From Rhodanobacteraceae bacterium (GTDB lineage Bacteria; Pseudomonadota; Gammaproteobacteria; Xanthomonadales; SZUA-5), in contig JAYUUS010000124.1 in the NCBI GenBank assembly GCA_043754435.1, positions 35,716 through 99,715 on the forward strand: DNA of 64,000 nt. Direction: 5' to 3'. Shown in pieces: positions 1-7,967 of the stretch; the stretch's first letter is position 1; each line of letters opens with the position of its first letter. The translations under genes and the position numbers were made by a program. The notes under the pieces were generated by a model, which worked only from the letters and a program-made list of their open reading frames with translations, was not told where the DNA came from and ran no database searches.

Positions 1-1
1 C

Positions 2-166
2 GCGATGGCGGGAAAAATCTGCATTGTCGAAGTCGAAGAAATTGTCGAAACAGGGGCTATGGTTCCAGATGAGGTGCATTTGCCGGGAATTTATGTGCAC
101 CGGATCGTGCATAACCCGCATCCAGAAAAACGCATTGAGAAGCGCACGGTAAGCCCGAACAAGTAG
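2..166 (+). CDS. scoA: CoA-transferase subunit A (3-oxoacid/acetoacetate type), C-terminal end; 5' part lies outside the window
   Basis: The frame is open from the window edge to TAG 164-166. The translation ...GKICIVEVEEIVETGAMVPDEVHLPGIYVHRIVHNPHPEKRIEKRTV looks like the conserved C-terminus of family-I CoA-transferase alpha subunits. The beta-subunit gene follows. Confidence 0.75.
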   Translation, partial: AMAGKICIVEVEEIVETGAMVPDEVHLPGIYVHRIVHNPHPEKRIEKRTVSPNK

Positions 167-201
167 CATCGTTTGGACTGGGAAGACAAAGGTATCGCCT
201 T

Positions 202-296
202 GTCATTGCGAGGAGCGCAGCGACGTGGCAATCCATTGTTCGGATCGCTATAAACTAAATAAATACAATGGATTGCTTCACTACGCTCGCAATGAC
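202..296. repeat. REP/MITE-like palindromic element inside the scoA-scoB spacer
   Basis: Imperfect inverted repeat: gtcattgcgaggagcgcagcga...caatccattg (from 202) pairs with caatggattgcttcactacgctcgcaatgac (to 296). Related copies lie at 7893-7944 and 12190-12270. Track ORF 91..303(-) is just a translation of this element. Confidence 0.75.
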
Positions 297-329
297 GACG
301 CAAGGAAGCTAACTTAAGATCGCGTGCTG

Positions 330-345
330 GTTTGCCTCGGCAAAC
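330..345. repeat. Short hairpin GTTTGCC-tc-GGCAAAC, related to the hairpin in the 31-bp units at 4209-4270
   Basis: Arms gtttgcc (330-336) and ggcaaac (339-345) are read directly. The same GTTTGCC..GGCAAAC core occurs twice upstream of parC. Confidence 0.4.
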
Positions 346-382
346 GAATTAAAAAGAAAGTTCAATTACGGAGAGTTTGATC

Positions 383-1021
383 ATGGCCTGGAATCAAGAC
401 CAAATGGCGCAACGTGCAGCGCAGGAGCTACAGGATGGCTTTTATGTCAATTTAGGGATTGGCATCCCTACTCTAGTAGCGAATTTTGTGCCTGAAGACA
501 AGGAAGTGTGGCTGCAGTCGGAAAACGGCATGCTCGGTATCGGCCCGTTCCCGACCGAGGATCAAGTCGATGCCGATTTAATCAACGCAGGCAAGCAAAC
601 CGTCACCACGCAAAAAGGTTCGTCTATTTTTGGCAGCCACGAAAGTTTTGCGATGATTCGGGGCGGCAAGATCAACTTATCGATTTTAGGCGCCATGCAG
701 GTTAGCGAACACGGCGATTTAGCCAACTGGATGATTCCCGGCAAGATGGTTAAAGGCATGGGCGGCGCGATGGATCTAGTCGCTGGCGTCAAACGCGTGA
801 TCGTGCTGATGGAGCATGTGGCAAAGAAGAAAGACGGCACAATTGATTTGAAAATATTGCCTAAATGTACTTTGCCGCTGACAGGCGTAGGCGTGGTGGA
901 CCGCATCATTACTGACTTAGCGGTGATGGATATCACGCCGGACGGCCTGAAACTCATGGAATTAGCAGACGGCGTCACGCGCGAAGACGTGCAAAGCAAA
1001 ACCGGCGTGACGCTGATTTAA
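383..1021 (+). CDS. scoB: CoA-transferase subunit B (3-oxoacid/acetoacetate type)
   Basis: ATG 383 is preceded by GGAGAG (370-375). The sequence [31 protein letters not shown]... with the [12 protein letters not shown] region (catalytic Glu motif SENG) is typical of beta subunits. Confidence 0.9.
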   Translation: MAWNQDQMAQRAAQELQDGFYVNLGIGIPTLVANFVPEDKEVWLQSENGMLGIGPFPTEDQVDADLINAGKQTVTTQKGSSIFGSHESFAMIRGGKINLSILGAMQVSEHGDLANWMIPGKMVKGMGGAMDLVAGVKRVIVLMEHVAKKKDGTIDLKILPKCTLPLTGVGVVDRIITDLAVMDITPDGLKLMELADGVTREDVQSKTGVTLI

Positions 1022-1032
1022 ACTTTGAACTC

Positions 1033-1058
1033 ACATGCGCATAAAAATATGCGCATGT
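1033..1058. terminator. Perfect 10-bp inverted repeat between convergent scoB and glnK; possible bidirectional terminator without a clear U-tract
   Basis: acatgcgcat (1033-1042) and atgcgcatgt (1049-1058) are exact reverse complements, with an A/T loop between them. No T-run flanks it on either strand. Confidence 0.4.
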
Positions 1059-1098
1059 TAGCCCAGGCGTTTGGTAATTCAATTTTTGCGTCCTATTT

Positions 1099-1437
1099 TT
1101 ATAGGGCGTCCGCATCCAGTTCACGGGTGCGTATGCGCATAACCTTTTCAAGATTGGTCACGAAGATTTTGCCGTCGCCGATCTTGCCGCTGGATGCAGC
1201 CTTTGCAATGGCGTCCATTACGCCATCGACTTTGTCGTCCGTCACTGCGATCTCAAGGCGGATTTTGGGCAGAAACTCCACGCTGTATTCAGCGCCCCGG
1301 TAAAGTTCGGTATGGCCTTTTTGTCGGCCATAGCCCTTCACTTCACTGACAGTAATGCCGGTAACGCCCTCGTCGCTCAATGCTTCACGAACATCTTCAA
1401 GCTTGTGCGGCTTGATCACTGCGGTAATCATTTTCAT
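1099..1437 (-). CDS. glnK: Nitrogen regulatory protein P-II (GlnK type, adjacent to amtB)
   Basis: 112 aa when started at ATG 1437 (MKMITAVIKPHKLEDVREAL...). The T-loop GYGRQKGHTELYRGAEY is canonical for the P-II family. Confidence 0.93.
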   Translation of the reverse strand: MKMITAVIKPHKLEDVREALSDEGVTGITVSEVKGYGRQKGHTELYRGAEYSVEFLPKIRLEIAVTDDKVDGVMDAIAKAASSGKIGDGKIFVTNLEKVMRIRTRELDADAL

Positions 1438-1460
1438 AAAATTCACCTAAGAGGTTTGAA

Positions 1461-1486
1461 CCGTTCCGCCGAACCCGGCGAAACGG
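1461..1486 (-). other. Intercistronic stem-loop between amtB and glnK
   Basis: ccgttccgcc (1461-1470) pairs with ggcgaaacgg (1477-1486) at 9 of 10 positions, with a 6-nt loop. No U-tract follows, so it is not an obvious terminator. Confidence 0.4.
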
Positions 1487-1500
1487 CGAAAAATGTGGGA

Positions 1501-2859
1501 TTAAAGGCTGTAGCCACGTTCATTGTGCAATGCCAAATCAAGTCCTTGTGCCTCTTCTTCATCGCTAGCGCGCAGTGGCGTGACAAAACTAATCACCTTC
1601 AACACCACGAAACTAACCAAGGCGCTATAGCCAATCGTGACCAAAACCCCGATCGTTTGCTTACCCAGCTGGCTAGCAACGCTCACACCTTCGGGCAAAC
1701 CTGCACCGCCATAAGCCGCTGCCGCAAAAACCCCGGTCAATATCGCACCTACAATACCGCCGACCGCGTGTACGCCAAATACGTCGAGTGAATCGTCATA
1801 GCCAAACTTGCGCTTGAGCTTAGTCGCTGCAAAAAAGCACACCGCACCCGCCACTGCGCCAATCACCAGCGCGCCACCAGGGCCGCACGAGCCAGACGCG
1901 GGCGTAATCGCCACCAAACCTGCAACCGCCCCGGAAGCCACACCCAATACCGAGGGCTTACGATGCACGATCCATTCCGCGAACATCCATGCCAATGCTG
2001 CTGCGGCCGTCGCAATTTGGGTAACTAACATCGCCATACCCGCCGAGCCATTTGCCGCACCCGCGGAGCCTGCGTTAAAGCCAAACCAGCCGACCCAAAG
2101 TAACGACGCACCAATCAGCGTGTAGGTTAAATTGTGCGGCGGCATCGCTGTAGTTGGAAAACCTTTGCGCTTGCCCAACATCAAGCAAGCCACCAAACCG
2201 GCAATACCGGCATTGATATGCACCACCGTGCCACCAGCAAAATCAATTACTCCAACCTCCGCCAAAAAGCCACCTGGGCCTCCCCAAACCATATGCGCGA
2301 TCGGCAAATACGCCAGCGTAAACCAACCCGTAACAAACACCAGCAGCGCGCCAAAGCGCATGCGCTCGGCGAATGCACCGACGATTAGGGCGGGCGTAAT
2401 GATCGCAAAGGTCAACTGAAACATGGCAAACACTGTTTCAGGAATCATCAGTGGAAATGGCAAAAGCGTTAATGAATCACGCCCAACGCCAGCAAAAAAC
2501 ACTTTGCTAAAACCGCCAAAAAAAGAATGTAGATTGGTTGTACCCGCGACCATACCGGTAGTGTCAAAAGCTACGCTGTAGCCATACACCGTCCAAAGCA
2601 CCGTGATCAGCGCGGTGATCGCAAAGCACTGCATCATCACGGAAAGCACGTTTTTCGAGCGCACCATGCCCGCATAAAACAACGCCAATCCAGGAATCGT
2701 CATCAATAGCACCAACGCCGTCGCGGTCAACATCCACGCGGTATCCCCGGAATTCAGCACCACCACGGGTGCTGTAGTCTCTTGGGCCATTACTGATCCG
2801 GCGTACATCGAAAGCGGCCAAACTAGACACCGCGCTAAAACCCCACCCATATTTCGCAT
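1501..2859 (-). CDS. amtB: Ammonium transporter (Amt family)
   Basis: 452-aa polytopic protein with a signal-like N-terminus (...GSVMA/QETT). The Amt signatures DFAGGTVVHINAG and WFGFNAGSA are present. It is adjacent to a P-II gene. Confidence 0.93.
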   Translation of the reverse strand: MRNMGGVLARCLVWPLSMYAGSVMAQETTAPVVVLNSGDTAWMLTATALVLLMTIPGLALFYAGMVRSKNVLSVMMQCFAITALITVLWTVYGYSVAFDTTGMVAGTTNLHSFFGGFSKVFFAGVGRDSLTLLPFPLMIPETVFAMFQLTFAIITPALIVGAFAERMRFGALLVFVTGWFTLAYLPIAHMVWGGPGGFLAEVGVIDFAGGTVVHINAGIAGLVACLMLGKRKGFPTTAMPPHNLTYTLIGASLLWVGWFGFNAGSAGAANGSAGMAMLVTQIATAAAALAWMFAEWIVHRKPSVLGVASGAVAGLVAITPASGSCGPGGALVIGAVAGAVCFFAATKLKRKFGYDDSLDVFGVHAVGGIVGAILTGVFAAAAYGGAGLPEGVSVASQLGKQTIGVLVTIGYSALVSFVVLKVISFVTPLRASDEEEAQGLDLALHNERGYSL

Positions 2860-3119
2860 AAACGCCCTTTGTTAGTTAGCTAAAGAAAAATCACACCCAA
2901 AACTCTTCTTTATTTGAACCTAACTAAAAGGCTTGCTTGCACTACCCTAAATATTGCGTACTATTGGGTTACCCAACGCACTTGTGCGTTAACGCGCTAT
3001 GTGCTGCACAGAATTTACAGGTGCAGTCAAGCTAGTAACGTGCAGTTGATAAACATTCGAGATCGGTGCCATTGGGCCGCGCAATCGAGGCCGCCTCTTA
3101 TCCATGCGGGGCGCACAGC

Positions 3120-3147
3120 AAAACGCCAGCACTAAGCTGGCGTTTTA
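3120..3147. terminator. Rho-independent (bidirectional) terminator downstream of tRNA-Cys
   Basis: Stem aaacgccagc (3121-3130) / gctggcgttt (3136-3145) with loop actaa. T/A runs are present on both sides. Confidence 0.7.
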
Positions 3148-3155
3148 ATTTACTT

Positions 3156-3229
3156 TGGAGGCCTAGGTCGGAATCGAACCGGCGTACGCGGCTTTGCAGG
3201 CCGCTACATGACCACTCTGCCACCAGGCC
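3156..3229 (-). tRNA. tRNA-Cys (anticodon GCA)
   Basis: The reverse complement reads GGCCTGGTGGCAGAGTGGTCATGTAGCGGCCTGCAAAGCCGCGTACGCCGGTTCGATTCCGACCTAGGCCTCCA. It has a 7-bp acceptor stem, anticodon loop CTGCAAA, a GGTTCGATTCC T-arm and an encoded CCA. Confidence 0.95.
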
Positions 3230-3273
3230 GGTAGCTAAAATTGTTGCTAAAACAACTGCTTGATGCCAATTTC

Positions 3274-3349
<76 letters not shown>

Positions 3350-3526
3350 ATCTGAGCCGCGCAATATACCTTCAAACTTTTTTCTGTCAACTTCTCTACC
3401 AAGTGCTCGGCTGATATCGTTCAGATAAATTCAGAAATCGTCACACGCGCGTAACGTGCTTTGCTACGGTTACGCCTATGATTGCGATCCCTAATTTTCC
3501 TCAAACAGCAAAAAGGCCTTTATCCA

Positions 3527-4006
3527 ATGAGCATTCAAGTCGGCGACAAAATTCCAGCGAGCACCCTCAACATCATGCGTGACGGCCCAAAACCGATCAG
3601 CACCGAAGAAATTTTTGGCGCCGGCACCACGGTGCTGTTCTCCGTACCCGGCGCATTCACACCAACCTGTTCCGCCCGCCACCTGCCCGGCTATGTCGAA
3701 CTTAGCGCTGAGCTAAAAGCCAAAGGCGTCGATAAAATTGCCTGTATGGCGGTCAATGATGCGTTCGTGATGGATGCCTGGGGCAAAAGCCAAAATTCCG
3801 GCGACATTATGATGCTGGCAGACGGTAACGCTGAATTCACCAAATTGCTGGGCTTAGAATTGGACGCCACCAAATTTGGCATGGGCGTGCGCTCGCAGCG
3901 TTTTGCGATGGTGACGAAAGACGGTGTGGTCACACATTTGTTTATTGAAGCGCCTGGTGAGTTCAAGGTATCCGCGGCTGATTACGTGTTGGCGCAGCTT
4001 GGCTAA
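3527..4006 (+). CDS. Peroxiredoxin, Prx5/PrxD-like (AhpC/TSA family)
   Basis: Starts at ATG 3527 (MSIQVGDKIPAS...). The peroxidatic Cys motif is in FSVPGAFTPTCS, and the downstream AVNDAFVMDAWG is typical of Prx5-type enzymes. Confidence 0.85.
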   Translation: MSIQVGDKIPASTLNIMRDGPKPISTEEIFGAGTTVLFSVPGAFTPTCSARHLPGYVELSAELKAKGVDKIACMAVNDAFVMDAWGKSQNSGDIMMLADGNAEFTKLLGLELDATKFGMGVRSQRFAMVTKDGVVTHLFIEAPGEFKVSAADYVLAQLG

Positions 4007-4018
4007 CCTCTTCAAAAA

Positions 4019-4119
4019 GTCATTTCGCCCCATTGGTCGGTATGTAAGAAAGACTGCGGCTTTTTTTTGCAATGCCGAATAGCATTTATGTTGCATACCG
4101 GCCAATGCGGCGAAATGAC
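4019..4119. repeat. 101-bp REP/MITE-like palindromic element (GTCATTTCGCC...GGCGAAATGAC)
   Basis: Left arm gtcatttcgccccattggtcggta (from 4019) and right arm taccggccaatgcggcgaaatgac (to 4119) are about 20/22 complementary, with a loop of about 55 nt. It shares the GTCAT/ATGAC termini of the other elements. Confidence 0.7.
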
Positions 4120-4208
4120 TTTCTGAGAAGGTACCCTCTGCGGCTGAAGTTTTGCCATCGCAAAACGCCCACACTCACAAAATTTGACGCCACCCGCGCG
4201 TCCACAGC

Positions 4209-4270
4209 GTTTGTTTGCCCCGGCAAACAAATAAATAGGGTTTGTTTGCCCCGGCAAACAAATAAATAGG
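4209..4270. repeat. Perfect tandem duplication, 2 x 31 bp, each unit carrying a hairpin; ends 9 nt before the parC ATG
   Basis: The unit gtttgtttgccccggcaaacaaataaatagg occurs at 4209-4239 and again, identical, at 4240-4270. The internal arms tttgtttgcc/ggcaaacaaa are exact reverse complements. Confidence 0.9.
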
Positions 4271-4279
4271 TAAGTTTTT

Positions 4280-6514
4280 ATGGCAACGACGTTTCAAAGC
4301 TTTGATACCAAAGCGCTCAAGGATTACGCGGAAGAAGCGTATCTAAACTATTCCATGTATGTAATTTTGGACCGGGCGCTGCCATTTTTGGGCGATGGCT
4401 TGAAGCCGGTGCAGCGGCGCATTATTTACGCGATGAGCGAACTTGGCTTGGAGCATGCGTCCAAACCAATGAAAAGCGCGCGCACCGTAGGCGATGTGAT
4501 TGGTAAATATCACCCGCACGGTGATTCCGCCTGCTATGACGCGCTGGTGTTGATGGCGCAGCCGTTTGCGTTTCGCTATCCATTGATTGAAGGCCAAGGC
4601 AACTTTGGCTCGCCGGATGACCCGAAAAGTTTCGCGGCGATGCGCTACACCGAGGCCAAACTCACCAAATTTGCCGCCACTTTGTTGGAGGAGGTGGATT
4701 TAGGAACGGTCGATTTTAAGCCCAATTACGATGGCAAACAGCTAGAACCGGTATGGCTACCCTCACGTCTGCCGCATTTGCTGCTCAATGGCACCACCGG
4801 CATTGCGGTGGGCATGGCTACCGATATTCCGCCGCATAATTTGCGCGAAGTGGTGAGTGCCTGCATCCGTTTACTGGATGACCCGGAAGCGACCACGTGC
4901 GATTTGTGCGAGCACATTCAAGGGCCGGATTTTTGCACCGCAGGCGAAATCATTACGCCGCGCGCTGACTTGCTGAAAATGTACGAAACTGGCTCCGGTT
5001 CGGTGCGCCAGCGCGCCATTTATTTGCGTGAGAATGGCAATATTGTAATCACCGCCTTACCGCATCAAGTCAGCCCAGCGAAAATTCAGGAGCAAATCGC
5101 TGAGCAAATGCGGCTGAAAAAGCTGCCGATGATTGAAGACATGCGTGATGAAGGCGATCACACCACGCCGGTGCGCGTAGTGCTGATTCCGCGCAGCAAT
5201 CGCGTGGATATTGACGAGCTGATGGCACATTTATTTGCCACTACCGATATGGAGCGCAGCTACCGAGTCAATATCAATTTGATCGGTTTAGATCGCTTGC
5301 CACGCGTTAAGGGCTTAAAAACGATTCTGACCGAATGGCTGGGTTTTCGTACTGCTTCCGTGCGCCGCAGATTGGAAACGCGCTTAGAAAAAGTGGATCG
5401 TCGCCTGCATTTATTAGCGGGATTGTTGATCGCCTATTTGAATTTGGATGAGGTGATTCGCATCATTCGCAGCGAAGATGAGCCAAAACCAGTGCTGATT
5501 GCGCGCTTTGCCTTGAGCGAAGCGCAGGCCGAGGCTATTTTAGAAACCAAGTTAAGGCATTTAGCCAAGCTTGAAGAGATGAAAATTCGCGGCGAGCAAA
5601 AGGAGTTGGAAGACGAGCGCGACGATTTAACCGGTATTTTGGCATCGAAAGCGCGCATGAAAACACTGATCAAGCGCGAATTAGAGAGCGACGCGAAAGC
5701 GCACGGCGATGCGCGCCGCAGCCCCATTGTGGAGCGCAGTGCTGCAAAAGCGCTGAGTGAGCAAGACTTAACGCCGAGCGAGCCTTCGACCGTGATTTTG
5801 TCCGACAAAGGCTGGGCGCGTGCCGCAAAAGGCCACGAAATCGACCCTTCCGCACTGAGCTATCGCGAAGGTGACTCGGTGCTGAGCTTTTCGCGTGGAC
5901 GCAGCAACTACCAAGCTGCGTTCTTCGACACCACCGGGCGCGCCTATTCCACGCCGACCCACACGCTGCCGAGCGCACGCGGCCAGGGTGAACCCCTTAC
6001 CGGACGCTTTGATCTAGCCCCCGGCGCACGCTTTGTGACTTGCGTCAGCGCGGAAAACGAGGCGATGCTGTTGCTCACATCAAGCCACGGCTATGGCTTT
6101 ATCACCAAGTTTGAGAACTTGATCAGCCGCAACCGCGCAGGCAAAGCGATGTTGAACTTAAGCGAAGGTGCGACGGTGTCACCGCCGCTGCTGCTACCTG
6201 CACCGATCGAGCAATGCTGGATCGCCGTTGCCACCACCGCCGGGCATTTATTGGTATTCCCTCTGCGTGATCTACCCGCGCTCGAAAAGGGCAAAGGCAA
6301 CAAGATTATTAGCGTGCCAGCGACGAAAAGTGCTTCGGAAAAAGTCGTTTCAGTGGCATTGATGACGGAAAAGCAAACACTAGTTGTGGTGGCCGGTGGC
6401 CGCATCACCAAGCTTAAAGGCAATGACTTAGCCGCGTATCGCGGTGAACGCACCCAACGCGGCGCGTTGTTGCCGCGCGGTTTGCAGCGGGTTGATCGGT
6501 TGGAAGTGGAGTAA
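4280..6514 (+). CDS. parC: DNA topoisomerase IV subunit A
   Basis: 744 aa. The N-terminus has ...[40 protein letters not shown] and the active-site AAMRYTE. Its size and the lack of a long GyrA-type C-terminal extension fit ParC. Confidence 0.9.
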   Translation: MATTFQSFDTKALKDYAEEAYLNYSMYVILDRALPFLGDGLKPVQRRIIYAMSELGLEHASKPMKSARTVGDVIGKYHPHGDSACYDALVLMAQPFAFRYPLIEGQGNFGSPDDPKSFAAMRYTEAKLTKFAATLLEEVDLGTVDFKPNYDGKQLEPVWLPSRLPHLLLNGTTGIAVGMATDIPPHNLREVVSACIRLLDDPEATTCDLCEHIQGPDFCTAGEIITPRADLLKMYETGSGSVRQRAIYLRENGNIVITALPHQVSPAKIQEQIAEQMRLKKLPMIEDMRDEGDHTTPVRVVLIPRSNRVDIDELMAHLFATTDMERSYRVNINLIGLDRLPRVKGLKTILTEWLGFRTASVRRRLETRLEKVDRRLHLLAGLLIAYLNLDEVIRIIRSEDEPKPVLIARFALSEAQAEAILETKLRHLAKLEEMKIRGEQKELEDERDDLTGILASKARMKTLIKRELESDAKAHGDARRSPIVERSAAKALSEQDLTPSEPSTVILSDKGWARAAKGHEIDPSALSYREGDSVLSFSRGRSNYQAAFFDTTGRAYSTPTHTLPSARGQGEPLTGRFDLAPGARFVTCVSAENEAMLLLTSSHGYGFITKFENLISRNRAGKAMLNLSEGATVSPPLLLPAPIEQCWIAVATTAGHLLVFPLRDLPALEKGKGNKIISVPATKSASEKVVSVALMTEKQTLVVVAGGRITKLKGNDLAAYRGERTQRGALLPRGLQRVDRLEVE

Positions 6515-6569
6515 GCGTCATGCAAGCAACCACCGTTTGATCAAAACTTCTCCAAACCAATAAGGTTCT

Positions 6570-6913
6570 ATGGCAACTGGATCCAACACACTCGCTTTCT
6601 TCGTCGATCAGCTAATTGCGCGGCACTGGGTGTCGTCACGGCCAAAAAGATGTTCGGCGAATATGGCCTTTATTTGGACGGGTTGATATTCGCGCTCGCC
6701 TGCGATGATCGCTTGTTTTTGAAAACCAAAACGATGCCGGATGAATTGGTCGCCACCCTCTTTGGCAACCGCACGCCCGCTTATCCGGGGGCTATGGGCA
6801 CGTCTGAACTAGCGATGGCGGTTTTGGAAGATCGTGAGAAATTGAGATTGGTGTTGCAAGCAACATTGGCAACACTTCGGGCGCTGCCGGTGAAGGTGAA
6901 GCGCAAACTATGA
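6570..6913 (+). pseudogene. TfoX N-terminal-domain family gene with an apparent +1/-1 frameshift near 6617-6626
   Basis: ATG 6570 gives MATGSNTLAFFVDQLIA... and then runs out of frame to TGA at about 6684. The family-typical continuation ...ALGVVTAKKMFGEYGLYLDGLIFALACDDRLFLKT... is in the next frame (track ORF 6650..6913). That frame has no start codon upstream of 6650. Confidence 0.6.
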
Positions 6914-7065
6914 ATGCATTTGAACGACTGAATCACGCACAAGACTTATTTTCAGCGGGGCGCTTCGAAACAGCACTCAATGCCTGCGGCGGCACTGGAA
7001 TTTCAGAGTGCGAATTGCCCGGTCGATTGATGTGTGATCTGCAAATACGGTTGCTGCGATCTTGA
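6910..7065 (+). CDS. Small hypothetical ORF (51 aa) overlapping the TfoX-like stop (ATGA)
   Basis: ATG 6910 overlaps TGA 6911-6913. It translates MNAFERLNHAQDLFSAGRFETALNAC... (faintly TPR-like) and is below the track cutoff. Only the coupling and the open frame support it. Confidence 0.2.
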   Translation: MNAFERLNHAQDLFSAGRFETALNACGGTGISECELPGRLMCDLQIRLLRS

Positions 7066-7068
7066 TTT

Positions 7069-7476
7069 TTAACTCAATAACACCACCGGCGGCAAAAGAT
7101 TCTGCACTTTCGCACGTTTGGCAAATGCTTTATCGAAACTCAGCAGCGCAGTACACCGCACGCTTTTCGCATGGTGTAGGGCATCACTAAAATCTAGTCC
7201 GTGCTGATAGGCATCAATCGCTGTTAGCACTGCCGCGCGGTCCTCTACTGCGATGTGCGCAATGCCGACTAGGGCATTGAACACACCCGTGATTTCCGCA
7301 CGCGTCATCTTGTAAAAACCGCGCATTACCCATTCGAATTCAAGCACCACAGTGATGCTAATGAAACTCCGGTCTGACATGGCAAGTATCGCCGAAGGGC
7401 GCTGTTTTGCCGCCTGCAGATCCTCTGAGTCGTCAATGAAAAACCGTGCGAGGACATTAGTATCCAGGCTTTTCAC
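7069..7476 (-). CDS. vapC: PIN-domain toxin (VapC family)
   Basis: 135 aa beginning MKSLDTNVLARFFIDD... (PIN acidic residues). It overlaps the upstream antitoxin gene by 4 bp. Confidence 0.85.
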   Translation of the reverse strand: MKSLDTNVLARFFIDDSEDLQAAKQRPSAILAMSDRSFISITVVLEFEWVMRGFYKMTRAEITGVFNALVGIAHIAVEDRAAVLTAIDAYQHGLDFSDALHHAKSVRCTALLSFDKAFAKRAKVQNLLPPVVLLS

Positions 7477-7727
7477 TGTGGTGATTTTGCCAGCATTGTA
7501 GCCGCATCAAAGTCGGCCAAGCTGCGCGCGTTGCCACTGGCGCGGGCTTTAATCATGCCCGCTAAATTGCTGAGATCTACCTTGGGCACGGCGCGCAACA
7601 CGGTTAAATTCACGCCATCAGTGAGCTCTTCCAGTTGCAACGATGCGCCAGCGGCCAATCCCAGCCTATGCCGCAATGCTGCAGGCAACACGATTTGGCC
7701 TTTAGATGAAACGCGGACGGTAGACAT
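7473..7727 (-). CDS. vapB: AbrB/SpoVT-type antitoxin (VapB)
   Basis: 84 aa. MSTVRVSSKGQIVLPAALRHRLGL is a swapped-hairpin AbrB/MazE-like DNA-binding motif. The gene sits upstream of and overlaps the PIN gene. Confidence 0.8.
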   Translation of the reverse strand: MSTVRVSSKGQIVLPAALRHRLGLAAGASLQLEELTDGVNLTVLRAVPKVDLSNLAGMIKARASGNARSLADFDAATMLAKSPQ

Positions 7728-7892
7728 TCATAGGCTCACAAAATATTTTTCACAACACTACTCTGACTTACTTAGTAAGACAATAAATTTTAAGTCGGAC
7801 GCTTTCAGACAAATCTGACCCCGCGTTCCGACTGCACTGAGTTTGCAGCGATGTAACTAGTGCAAAGAAACCTGAACATCCAAGCATTAGAT

Positions 7893-7944
7893 GCAGTGAA
7901 GCGCAAGCCGCTGAGATTGCTTCACTTCGTTCGCAAAGACGAAA
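7893..7944. repeat. Partial copy of the GCGAGCG.AGCGAAGCAATC-type palindromic element
   Basis: gagattgcttcacttcgttcgcaaagacgaa matches the reverse complement of the left arm of the 12190-12270 element. A short opposing arm gcagtgaagcg lies at 7893. Track ORF 7768..8082(-) runs through it. Confidence 0.55.
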
Positions 7945-7967
7945 CGTTGATAACTCCGCTAAGTTAA

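Noticed and set aside
91-303. Track ORFs that run through palindromic repeats (91..303, 7768..8082, 14694..14939).
   Set aside because: Their sequences are simply translations of the REP/MITE-like elements and flanking spacer. They have no RBS and no coding-like composition.
562-999. A 145-aa antisense ORF within scoB. The same class of long shadow ORFs occurs inside other genes (e.g. 1312..1791, 1808..2125, 23630..24193, 25739..26170, 27407..27943, 28450..28887, 34775..35164, 37445..37786, 42858..43295, 43608..43961, 62498..62911, 63365..63763).
   Set aside because: Each lies fully inside a strongly recognisable gene on the opposite strand or in another frame. Their sequences are low-complexity and Arg/Ala/Ser/Pro-rich, as is typical of GC-biased shadow frames, and they carry no motifs.
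2860-3119. Sigma-54 promoter and NtrC sites upstream of amtB (e.g. ggtgcca at 3065-3071; inverted repeat ctgcac-N11-gtgcag at 3003-3025).
   Set aside because: The -12 element (TTGCW) is not present at the correct spacing from the GG element. The inverted repeat has the wrong spacing for the TGCACC-N5-GGTGCA NtrC consensus.
4012-4269. Track ORFs 3854..4174(-), 4012..4257(-) and 4072..4269(+) in the prx-parC spacer.
   Set aside because: They overlap each other and the palindromic and tandem repeats, lack RBSs, and have Arg/Cys-rich nonsense-like sequences.
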